DNA of 64,000 nt from Penicillus capitatus (taxonomy: Eukaryota > Plantae > Chlorophyta), in the NCBI GenBank assembly GCA_965649825.1, contig OZ287702.1, positions 186,001 through 250,000 of the forward strand, given 5' to 3'. Positions 35,596-48,700 of the stretch are shown here, in pieces (position 1 is the stretch's first letter; the number at the start of each line of letters is the position of its first letter). A program made the position numbers and the translations under genes. The notes under the pieces were generated by a model that saw nothing but the letters and a program-made list of their open reading frames with translations, was not told the origin of the DNA and made no database searches.

Positions 35596-36096
35596 CTAAG
35601 TCCAGTGTAGTTTTGGACCCACGGTACCGCTGCCAGTCGAGTGGCTCGACCTCGAATGCGTCGATGTCGTCGCTGTGCGAGCGATTGGCGTGCTACTGGG
35701 CGTTGACGATGCCATCGCCACGACGCGTTTCTTGAGGTTCTCCACCTCCGTCTCAACGGCGCCTACCCTTTGTCCGTCGCGTTTGGCACCTTCATCCATG
35801 CACTCGAGCGTAGATCTCATATGGGACACGTCGCCGCCGATGGTCATCATTTCCTGCTGACGCTCGACGCTGCCCTTTTTGAGTTCTTCTAGCTCTTCCC
35901 TTAGCCTTTTCAGCTCCGAGCTCTGTTCATCGGCTCCTCTCATGTGCGTTTCCACGGCTTTTTCGATTTCTTTCTGCCGACTGCGTAGCTTGCTACGGTT
36001 GTCTTCGACTTGCCTCTCAAGCGCCGGTAGCTTTTCGTTGTTCCACAGCTCTACCGTCTTTATCCATTCTTCAATAACTCGGATCCGTTGTTCCAT
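35596..36096 (-). CDS. Retrotransposon ORF0: coiled coil plus Ser/Thr-rich tail, in frame with gag
   Basis: MEQRIRVIEEWIK...LKRLREELEELKK...SSTPSSTPIARTATTSTHSRSSHS; ends at TAG 35596-35598, 12 nt before the gag ATG in the same frame. Confidence 0.8.
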   Translation of the reverse strand: MEQRIRVIEEWIKTVELWNNEKLPALERQVEDNRSKLRSRQKEIEKAVETHMRGADEQSSELKRLREELEELKKGSVERQQEMMTIGGDVSHMRSTLECMDEGAKRDGQRVGAVETEVENLKKRVVAMASSTPSSTPIARTATTSTHSRSSHSTGSGTVGPKLHWT

Positions 36097-36100
36097 GAAT

Positions 36101-36113
36101 CGCTCCGAAACCA
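36101..36113 (-). promoter_or_regulatory. Primer-binding-site-like sequence TGGTTTCGGAGCG
   Basis: Begins with TGG 3 nt after the 5' LTR; 10/12 match to the plant tRNA-iMet PBS TGGTATCAGAGC. Confidence 0.75.
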
Positions 36114-36116
36114 ATT

Positions 36117-36189
36117 TGTGACGAGTCCTGAACGGCCAGACAAAATATTACAGGGATCGTGCATCATTCGGTCCATTAATCGCCCCACA
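36117..36189 (-). repeat. 5' LTR (73 bp)
   Basis: Identical to 30922-30994. Confidence 0.98.
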
Positions 36190-37579
36190 GCGGTTTTCAA
36201 GCAATAGGTACCGGAATGGCACAGAATATTCAGATCCCGTGCCAATGTACTGGGTTTGCAACTCACGTAAACGATGAGCCGCGGTCGAATTCTCAGAATA
36301 ACGTCCAAAACCTCTCTGTCACATCCTTTTCGTGGAGGATCCAACAATATCACATCGGGGATGCATGGCAATCGTTGAACCACATGTTCAAATCTTCCAA
36401 CCTGGTGATCACACGATGCCTACTCGTAGATAGTTAATTGTTTTCCTCTTGACCTGAAAACGGACGTTATGAATCTGGTTGTGCTCAGCATTGATCTGTA
36501 CACAATCAATGGATGCTGAATGGCTGTCAATGGCCCAGCACTGAAAGAGAGGATGTGCCTTAGCGATAGGCAGTATCATGGTTCCAATACCGGCATATCC
36601 ATCGACAATCGTTTCGTTTTCATTCAGTTCCAGGAGCGAAAGCAGTCGCAGGACCATGCGTTCTGCCTGTTGTGTGTTAACTTGGAAGAAAGCTGTGGAG
36701 CGGATTCGCAATTCCAGTCCACAAAAAATTTCCTTGATATAATCTCGTCCATGAAGGCAGATGGTCGCTGGTCCGAAGATGCGATTCGAGTGATCGGAAT
36801 GATGGTTCAGACAAATGCCGACCACTGAAGGAAAATTCTCCATCCACTTGGCACTCCGTTCACACAAACCTGACAGATGCGATTTGGTCGACACCAAGGT
36901 GATCAATACTTCGCCTGTTCGCTGCCCCACGCGCAGCACAAGGCTCTTCAAATCGCCCTTCTTCGTCACCTCATCGTAAATCTCCCAGGGATCCAATTCC
37001 GCCTTAAGTCTGGCAAGAACGAAGTCGAATGCGTTATCTTGTACCGGACACTGATTGACGTTCACAATACGATGTGTGCCTTTCCGATAGTATCCAGCTA
37101 TGACGTTTCCCGTACTGGATCTCCCCAAAGGGTAAATCACTTTATTCCGGTAGCCAAACGGACTGGATTCCATGATCTCCTTCAGCTCAATCTCTTGAAA
37201 TTTGCCAATTCTCTTGAGCGATTCTTCCACCTTTGTGCATTTTTTAATGATGTAGAGATCACCTCTCTGAAGATTGGTGCTTTACTTGTCTGCTCTTGAA
37301 AGTGAGCTGAGCAGAGTAGGCGACGTTTTGCCATTGGCATCCACCACACTTTCCTGCCAAGATACAAGGCGCGCGGACACGATGGTTTGATGCGTCCAGA
37401 ATATCGATCAGCTGTCCTTCGGCATAGGCTGGTCGGACTTTGACAAGTCGCGCGAGGAGCGTATCGCCGGGAACGCCGCCGGGAACGAAAACAACGCGAT
37501 TCTCAAACCGTCCAACTGCATATCCATTGCTCGCTAAATCTGTTATATCGAGAGCAACGACACTTCCTTGTCGCCACAT
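36190..37579 (-). pseudogene. rlmD: Bacterial-type 23S rRNA m5U methyltransferase RlmD/RumA (TrmA family), 2 introns, interrupted by the retrotransposon
   Basis: TRAM domain (ITDLASNGYAVGRFENRVVFVPGGVPGD), Fe-S motif PCILAGKCGGCQW, YRNKVIYP, AFFQVN, DGYAGIGT, LDPPRKG and YVSC; introns of 55 and 52 nt; the C-terminal motif lies beyond the element. Confidence 0.93.
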
Positions 37580-37601
37580 CGAAGCATAATCATCCACATG
37601 T

Positions 37602-40600
37602 CTATCCCGACGGTCGCGTTCTCGCGGCCTTGTTCATTTGACTGACGCCTGGAATAACGTCAGGCAACACAGCCAGTGGATACGTCTTGAGTTTGACGCG
37701 CGACGAAGAACACTTATGTTGACGCGTAGACCGGCGCATCATCGACTGCTCCAGTGCCAGAAGAGATGCCTTGCGATTGTCCTTTCGACCAAGATCCTCC
37801 TCGTCGTCTTCCTCTAGCAGAAGATCCTGCTCCGGGTAATATCCAAGCGTCCTTCGCGAATGGGCACAAGACACACCTCGTCCGAGTAGTCGCTGCGGTC
37901 AGAGATCGGTGCACACGACTTCTCTCCGTTTGGATCTTTCCATGTACTTGGATCGTCGAGACGCCAAACGTCGACGCCGAAATGCCCAATGAGGCCTCCT
38001 CTCGTCGTCCAAAGTGATACTCTTGTATCGGTGCTGCACGTCAGCAGCAAAGGATCTCTGTCGGCTATGAGAACCGTATCAATACTCGAAACGGCCTGCT
38101 CATGAGCGCGCCAATGTGCCATCTGTACAGAGAACGCCATACGAACACAGCACTCAGACGAGATGCGTTTCCTGGTAGAAGGAGCGTCGCACTGACAGAT
38201 CCGTTGAAATGTCGATGCCTGCTGAAATATCAAAGACGCGTACATGGCCCGCTGTGTCCCCAAGGACAACATGATGCCGACCTTCTGAAAATGCAGACAC
38301 CTGCAATATCCTCTCTGTCAGTCGAACGGCGTCGTTCTTCCGCATCGACGTTGCCTGTTCGAATCGCCCGTGTGCACCGTCGAACGTCGTGAGCAGTTGA
38401 GGCGATTGCGCAATTCGCCAGACGCGAATCCTGCCGTCCCCTCCGGCAGAGAGCAACAGCAAGAGTTCTCTAGCATCTGTGGCCGTATGCGTCACCAGCC
38501 AGAATACCTTGTCCACAGCTGCTTCATGTCGATCTGCCTCGTGACGCACTTCCATCTGTTTCGATCCTGTGCTCAGACGCCAGATCAAAATCCGCCCTTC
38601 GTAATCGCCCGTTGCCATCAGATCTCTCTCTTGGCAGACTGAGAGTCGGAGCCAACGGTTCGGCTATCCCGTGTCAATAATGGATGATCCCACCTGCCAT
38701 GTGAAGAATGTCTTCGTGGTGTCCACTGAGTGTTTTGTGTTCGATGACTTCGCTCTTGTCTTCATCGTCCCATACAAAGATCTTGGAACTCCATCCCGAA
38801 GCGATGATACGATCGCAGCCGCTCGTGGAGTCGGGTATGAACAACGCGGTCGTGATTTCGATGTCTTTGATGCCATGCACGTATTCTCTCAAAAGGCATC
38901 CTAGGAGACGGCATCTCGAAAGCGACAAGAGCGGGTAGTGCGTACCGCTGTTGAAATTCCACATCCTGAGAGAAACGCTATTCGCCGCTGTGAGGAGCTT
39001 TCTCTGATTGCTGTCAAAAGCGACAGTCATGAGTTTCGTTTCGGGCCCATGGGAAGCACAGAATTTTGATTCCCTGGAACCGTCGTCCATGTTCCATACA
39101 CAGACCGTGCCCTCCTCGTCCGCACTCACAACCACACGAAAAAGGCTGTTGTAGATTGCCGACTTCACAGGATGCCTAACCACAGAACCTCCTTGACAGC
39201 TATCCGTTAGCAGGAGGAACACCACACGGATGTCCAGATCTGTCCTGTGAAATCAGTTTGTGCGGCCAGGCGACCAGACGATTGGAACACATGACCAGAC
39301 GTCGCCGTACTCTGTCGTAGATCATACAGGAAGCTTGCTGTTCGGCATGTATTGGCCAGTCTTCTGCTGCAATCGTCTGGAGGCATTTATGATTGCGCAG
39401 ATCCCACACTTTTGCTGTTCGGTCCAGCGACAAAGTAATGAGGTTATTGCTCTCGGCATCCAATGCAAGGTGCGTCACACTGGACGTGTGTCCTGCGCAC
39501 AGAGGACCCCCTTACTACAGAAGGATGGACCTTAGGACGAACCAATAAGCTCGCCGATTTTCTTTGCGTTTGACGAAGCCTGCCACAGAAGGATGTTGCG
39601 CTCGACGCCAGCGCTGGCGAAGAGCGAATAGGCTGGACACCACTCAAAAGCGTGGACGCCGCGTTGGTGATGTGCATAGTTGTGTACAACGCGCCCGCGA
39701 GAGATGTCGTAGATCCGAATCTTCGCATCCAGCGACGCGGAGACCAAACCGACGTCGTGAACATGTCGCACCTATACCACGCGCACTATTCGCAAGAGAG
39801 GTAGGCCACTTTTCGAACAGTCTACAACACCTGGGTCACCCAGTCGTCGTGAGCATGCAGCATTTCAAAGGCCTCTGCTGGAGAGAATCCATTTGCGCAG
39901 CGTCGAGACGTCTTCTCCGGTTCGGCAAGCAGAAGCGAAACGCAGCCGTTGTCGTCTCCCGCCGCGACATACTCTTCATCATGGGCTTCCACCAGGCAAA
40001 GACACTGGGGCGCTCCCAACCGCTCCGTCATGTACACCTTTCCCAGCAGATCATACGATCCGCGTACCATACCGCAAAAGGAGATAGCGCCGTCGGAAGA
40101 AGAGATCGCTATGCGACGTGACAGCGGCATGTAGACGCTTGCCGTCACCCAGGCCTTGGGATGGACCGTTATCTGTGCGTACCAAACGTGCGGCAAGTGG
40201 CGCAAAAACCGGCTGTCATATTACTGTTTTGACATGTTTGAGATTTTCTGCGTTCCACACGCGAACGGATCCGTCGCGGCCAGATGTTAAGTACTTCTCG
40301 GTTTGCTCGACATGCAGGAGATGCGCAATGGGAGCTCGGTGATAACAGCTCACGTCATTGCGAACCTCGAAATCTTGCGTAAAGAATCTCCAATTCTCGC
40401 TGTCGTCTTCTTGGGTATCCGTTCTTTGCAGAAACATGAAGTTCGTGAATTCATCCCAGTCGACCGTCCCTCCCGCATCGGCGTCGATCTTCATGAAAAG
40501 CTGCGTGAGTTGCGTCTTGGTGAGATCGTTGCCGAGGTGTGGCCCGATCCGTTCGATAAATTCATCGAGATCCAACTCGCCACTACCATCCTCATCTGCT

Positions 40601-40757
40601 TCCTATGGGCGCCTCTTAGCGATCGTAAGACGATACGTCGAATGACAGGTACTTCAAAAACCCTCTTGAGCTTAAGAAGTCGTTCGATGTGGATCTCGGA
40701 ATCGGGATCTTCCATCGTATCGAAATGATCGGCCGACAAAGAATCGTCGTGCCTCAT
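37602..40757 (-). CDS. EF-hand plus WD40-repeat protein (WDR49/WDR64-like)
   Basis: FEEADEDGSGELDLDEF...LFMKIDADAGGTVDWDEFTNFM, then multiple WD40 repeats (HDDWVTQV, LVSASLDAKIRIYD, GHTSSVTHL, GHHEDIL). Confidence 0.8.
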
Positions 40758-40844
40758 TAAACAATCGCTGATGGCAAAAGAATGCTGAAACAATGACCAA
40801 CAAATGGGAAGAATCAATTAAAGCCGTCCTTGATTGAAGCTTAA

Positions 40845-42755
<1,911 letters not shown>

Positions 42756-43635
42756 TTCACAGTCCGCATGCAACAGCGTCTGAAAACGAAGGAACCACCA
42801 CGCAAATACCGATCTGTCGTCAAGATTACGTGAACCACCCGATGACTTACTCAATGCTGACACGATGTTTAATATCTGATGATGACAAGAAAAGCGAAAT
42901 CTTTCAGCAGACCGTAACGCACGCCCTCGACAACAAACAATCACGAGGGCGTTGCCTGTCTGCATGGACGGATCAGACAGATGCTTGACTGTTTGTTGTT
43001 AACACAGATAGAATCTATCCACATGACTCTGCTTCGCCATGCTTCCAGTGGGAGTCCGTCATCACAGAGAAACGAATGGCGTTGACGTGGTCGCGGAATG
43101 GATCTTAGAATGTTTGATCTCACACCGCAGAAACATTGACGTGTTGTGATCGTGCTTTTCAGACTGCACAGAAAGGAACTGTCACTTAAAAGAAAAAATG
43201 AATAGAAGGCATGCTTTTGGCATAGATAGACATGTGGACAAATCCCTCCCTTTTTAAATGCGTCATGACAATCGGAAAGCAAATGGATGGGCGTACTCTC
43301 CCCCTCGGACAGATGGAATCAGTGCCAGGAAGACATCAATACAGATTGAGCAAAGCATAGAAGACCATAATAACAACTGATCTCTAACAGACACTGCTTG
43401 AGACGGAACACAAGTACCCAATCGATGAACAGAGATGCCAGAAGGCAGATGGTGCTCTCTTTTGCGATAAGTGGATTGATTGATTATGTTGTTCATCTTC
43501 CCCATCTCGTCCATCCAGCACATAATTTTCTCGCTTATTCGTTTTGTTTTTTACACCGCAAAACAACAAGAATCACCGGCATATGCTAACTCTAGTGCAG
43601 GAAACCTGCAAACTTGGTTCAGAGACCATCATCAT

Positions 43636-45412
43636 CTACGATCGTGCGCCAGAGGAGGTTTCCTCTTGAATTAGCTTCTCCCAATGCCTCATATTGTCCT
43701 TAGCGATGCTTAGGGCCATCTCTGCGAAGGTAGGCACCACCCTTCCAAATGTTTGAAAGCATGGAATGACAAACAACTCAAGGAAGGTTTTCTGAGACTT
43801 TGCTAAATTTGCCTGTGCGCGGTCGCACCCCCTTGTCACAGGGAGTTTCTCATTCTTCTCTCTATCGCCCTGTAGGCAGTTTTCTTCGGTAATCATCTCA
43901 GACCATTCTCCACATAAGGGCATTGGCCGAAGAGGATTCGAGATATCTGCACAATGCACCACCATCTGCAGCAGCAACACCCGTTCCGACGCACGTAATC
44001 TCTTGCTTTTGAACATTCCCCTCTTTACTGGAAACCTCTCGCCAAAGTCACCTCACATATGCAGACACACCTAAGAAGTTCGTCCTACACTTTCCAAACG
44101 TAGGACGTACTCACAAGTTTCTTGTGTCTCGCCATATCCGTCGCTATAATAATGGCATCGATATAGTCTCTCATCAGACGGGAGTCAGCCTTCTTCAAAT
44201 TCCTAAGCATGTCATTCTCTCTAGCGCTGGTCAGGATCTCGTACGCCCGATCTATGTGCATTCGCTCATTTATACTGTCTTTGTATCTCTCAGCCAATTG
44301 CGATTTCGTCTTCACATGATATTCGTTATTGACTCCTACACACGAGGACACACAGACTTCATTTCGGGCAAGGCGAAGCCTGTCGTCGCACCAGGATGAC
44401 ACACATCGTGCACAGCGGCGGCCAAGATCATAGCCAGAATCTCCAGTTTGTTGAATTTTTTATAAAAACAGCCGGAGAAGAGAATGGCGCCCACAGATTG
44501 CAGAACATCTGCTGCGTGGATTCGGTTATGGTATGCATTCTCTTGGTATTGACGTTCGATCGCCCGAATATAGTTTCGACAGGCACTTCGATCCAGGTTC
44601 AGAGCTTTTGCCAGCTTAAAGGCATCAATGAATTCCATAAAAACAACTTCAAGCGAGTGTTTCTGCGTTTGCTCGTCCACTCGAAAGACATTGAAATCCT
44701 TCCAGCTCCTAACCTGCACCGCCACACCCTTTCAACCAATTAGCAATCGACACAGATCCAAATAGCATACATCATCCGATTCTTTCCACGATGCCTCTGA
44801 CGTCTTCTTCGTCTTCTTCGCCATCTAAACAAACAACCACATGTACGTCTCTCTGAAATCCATCTAGATGATGCAGCAAGCAGTCTGCGTTTCCTGCATC
44901 TGACTTACGGCGTCGAAGCATCGTCCAAGGAACAACCTGTACCACTGAGTCGGCTTCTGGCGCGTCTCGCACACATTTGGTGATGATGGTCTTTGATGAT
45001 GGATTGCAGTCCCAGTCGTCGTTGAATTTCTCCCAGCGTCCTGCAAGCCATCTATTGCAGGTGCACGCACGCCGCTGTCAGCCATCCCGTTACGCCCATC
45101 TACCATCTAAGGGCATCCCAACACGTTATGAGTACATTGTGAGTGTCTTGTTCGCACAGTTCCTCTTCGAGCAGTCATTCCCTGCGTCATGGGATTCTTG
45201 TCCTTCAATGAATTTTTCGCTAAGTTCGCGTCCACAGCCGCAATCGATTTCTGCTCACACGCGTGGATCGCATCGACAAGCGTTGACGTGACGTAGGAAG
45301 AAAGAGAAGAATAGCCCACTGGCCATACCTCGTGACTCTGTCTATCGTCAGTGACGCGCGACTCCTTGTCGAGTTTCGTCGTTCCGCACCCACCAACGAT
45401 TTGCAACATCAA
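43636..45412 (-). CDS. Class I 3',5'-cyclic nucleotide phosphodiesterase
   Basis: YHNRIHAADV, AAVHDVCHPGVNN, IIATDMARH, HCADISNP and QGDRE are PDEase_I motifs. 5' exons approximate. Confidence 0.92.
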
Positions 45413-45782
45413 GCAGCACTCGGCTATGCTTTCGAAATCGTACCGTTACCCTGAACAGACCGTACTAGCGCTGAGTACGTAAAGAGTAGCGCATTTTGCC
45501 GCACAGATGCATGCACGCACTTTGATGCACAAAAGAAGCTTTCAACAGAGCGAGGCTGCTGTCGAGGGCTACGTTGTTGAAAGCTCAACGTTGGTTTGAC
45601 GACAACAAACGGTCAACGGCGTTGGGCGGAAAGAATTAAGTGGAAGGGCAGAGAGCAAGAACCGCGAAATGCGCTGCGGGTGCCGGCGGCATCATAACCG
45701 TCAGCAAATAGGGGTGCGGCACCGCGTAGATACTCTTCGGTAAGTCCCGGTCTTTTCACGGTCACTTTCTTATGAAAAAGAG

Positions 45783-48700
45783 TCACGCGGCTTTCTCTTT
45801 TGAGATTTTTGTTGTTTGATGTGACAGGAAGCCCTTCTCTGGAGGCAATGAGGCAGGAAATGCACGCTTTAGACCAGACTCTACGGCAAACGTCAATAGG
45901 AAATCCAGGATGCCCAAGGAAAGAATCTTGACGCAGAGAATGCGTGGAATAGCAACCATTTCCAGCATAGAAGAAAACCCAGGGACGATATCGGTCGTCA
46001 ACAGGACAGATGCACCCGCAGAAATCAAGAGTGACCAGCAGAGGCCTTTATTCTCCAGAAGCGGTGTCGTGAATGGACGTCCAGAGTAGTTCACAGCAAA
46101 TGTCACAATCTACACAGACACCATACATCGCACACAACAACGTACTTGATGCATCCGTTTTACCTGAATGATGAAATTCACGACGAAGCAGACGCTGTTG
46201 ACGAGATTCGGTTTGAAACTGCTCTCGACGACATCCTGCACATCTGTCTCTTCGGGCTCTGGACTGAGATCCACGGCGCATTGACTGATGTAAATCAAGT
46301 AGCTCATGTGAACGGCGAATTGGCCCAGAACGGAGAGAAAGACATAGGGACAGAAGATGTTGGGATGTGGACGGACTTTGGACAGAACAGACAGAGGTTG
46401 AGTATTGGACAAAAACAGAAACATTCCTGCAATCAGTAATCCAGAGAGCGTAATCTACACGCAAAGACACTTGCAGAGGCATTGCACAGAAAGGCGCTGG
46501 CTGACCTGAACGTCACCCGTTTTGACACCCTGTAGGCGCATGACAGAAAGCGCATAGGCGTTGGCCAGGGACATAAGTCCCAGTATCTTGAACATCTGCA
46601 CGGTGGATACCAACGTGCTTCGGCCTTGCATGATCAGATCGGTACAGGGCATCACTGATGCCTGCTTGGCAGTGAAGGGTGCTGCCATAGAAGCATCGCC
46701 TGGTTTCAGAAGTCCTGGGTCCTCGTTCATTTCGTCCATCAGTTCTGCCATCTTGCGAAGCCTTGGATGCACAGGTCTCCCCTGTCGCTCCATCTCTTCG
46801 ATCATCCGCACGGCTGGATTGCTGTCCGATGCTGCACTTCTAGATAACAGCAGCAGTAGTTGTGTGAGATGCAGTCCCAGTCTTCAGTCTGACCTGCTGC
46901 TCGGCTTGGCTCTCTGCGTCAAAGATCTCTGTGGCTTATTTCTTTCGCCCTTTCGCCGTTGAGCAAGTTTCTTGGCCCTGTCGTATCCAATGAGCCAGGA
47001 CATCGTTTTAGAGTCATGCATGATGTACCGTTCAAGGACTCCAGTTAAAAGAGCAACGCCGACGTGTGCAGCCTTCAAAGCGCCGACATCATTGGTTCCA
47101 TCTCCACACATGAGGACCGTTCGTCCACTCTCTCGCAGTGTATCCACAACCTTCTCCTTGTGCTCCGGTGCCACTCTTGCAAACACCTGGGCGACACCTT
47201 CAGCAAGGACACCAAAAGAACATACACACTTGAATGAGTGGGAGGATGAAAGAGGAGAGGTTTTTCTTCTCGAAGAAAGGAAAGGCTTCGCCAGTGACGC
47301 AGAGATCCCATTCCTCTGTCAGGCTCAAAATGGCCTTCTTGTCCACATCGAACGGAATTCTCTCGGTCTCTTCTGGATTCATCCAGACAAACGCATCTTC
47401 CAAGGCTGTCAAAGACTGAGCAGACTCCGATCTTTGATTGTGCAGAATCAGTACTGGACGGGTAACAATATGCACATGCTGTGCAACATTGCAGGCAGTT
47501 AATGGCGCATCGCCCGTAATCATGACGAGTCGATGGCTGGATTTCTTCAGCATGAGCAAGGCAGGTGCCGAATCGGATTTGATCGGACACTGAAACACAG
47601 CAAAACCAATGAAGCACAAACCCGTCTCTGCTGCTTCCCTGTTGTTCCCACGCATGATCGATTCGTCTTCTTCCTTCAGGTTATCAAGCATTTTCGATCC
47701 AATTGCAATGATGCGTCCTCCTTTTGCAGCGTAAGATTTGTAAAGGTGGTTGTAATTTGGTGGCGCGTTTCGAAATCTACTGTGCATGACTTCTGGAGCG
47801 CCTTTTGAGACGACGAGATGTGTGATCTCTCCTGTTGAAGGGCGGCAGCGTACAATGGTCGACATGCGCTTCAACTGGGCAGAGAAATGGTATCGGTGCA
47901 AGATGAGCAGCTCCTCTGAACGCCTTGGGTGCACTGCCAAGTCAGAACGATAGGACCAGCCAATCGCCTGACAGAAGTTCTGATCATTCAGGTTGACAAG
48001 ATGGAAAGACTGACCTCGAATGCAGCTTTCTCGAGAGGATCTCCGACAAGTTCTCCTTCCACCACCACCAGAGAATGGCATGCAGCTAGCACTCGGGTCA
48101 CATCTTCTTGTAGATCTTTGGCAGAGGACGCAGATTCTTCACTGCCTCCAGAACCGACGCCGACGACACCTTCCAAGATCATGGAGTCATCTGTCAATGT
48201 CCCAGTCTTGTCAAAACAGCACACATCTACCTAATGCCTCACGCTTTCTCTGCATGATCCGCATCGAAGCGAAGAAGCACCTTTCCAGCAAAAGGGATTC
48301 TGAAAGGCTCAGTACAGTAAATTTTCTGCTTCATGAGTCGAATCAACGAGTGATTCACTGCAATGGACAGTTCCATTGGGAGCTCTGGAGGGATGACAGA
48401 CGTGATGATCATCGTGCAGCTCAGCAATAGACTGAATCGTGACTTAGTGGGATCCTGAAGTCCATGGTACAGTACATAAGCCGACGCCGCCACGGCAAAG
48501 CACAGCAAGAACAAGATGAAGATCCCTGTTTCCCAATTATTGGCAGTGACGTGCTCCGTGGAATGCAGAATCATTCCCATCAGATTTCCCTGAGCCGTTT
48601 CGAAGCCTGTGCGCACGACAACGGCCAGACATCCTCCGTCTGGACTCCTAACAGGATTTCTCTTCAGTCAATCCTAAGTCATCACTGATCAGGATGAACG

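Larger units (their letters stand above)
30922..36189 (-). mobile_element. Full-length Ty3/gypsy LTR retrotransposon with 73-bp LTRs and 4-bp TSD (GCGG)
   Basis: Identical direct repeats at 30922-30994 and 36117-36189, TGTG...CACA termini, GCGG at 30918-30921 and 36190-36193, PBS-like sequence, and domain order gag-PR-RT-RH-IN. Confidence 0.98.

Noticed and set aside
35596-35598. TAG read as Gln under the alternative ulvophyte code (TAA/TAG = Gln)
   Set aside because: Host genes end at TAA/TAG in conserved positions (RPT6 TAA, RlmD TAG), and long ORFs, including the 926-aa pol, contain no in-frame TAR.
42941-43600. Short ORFs between the PDE and LONRF genes
   Set aside because: No domain similarity and inconsistent frames; probably UTR sequence.
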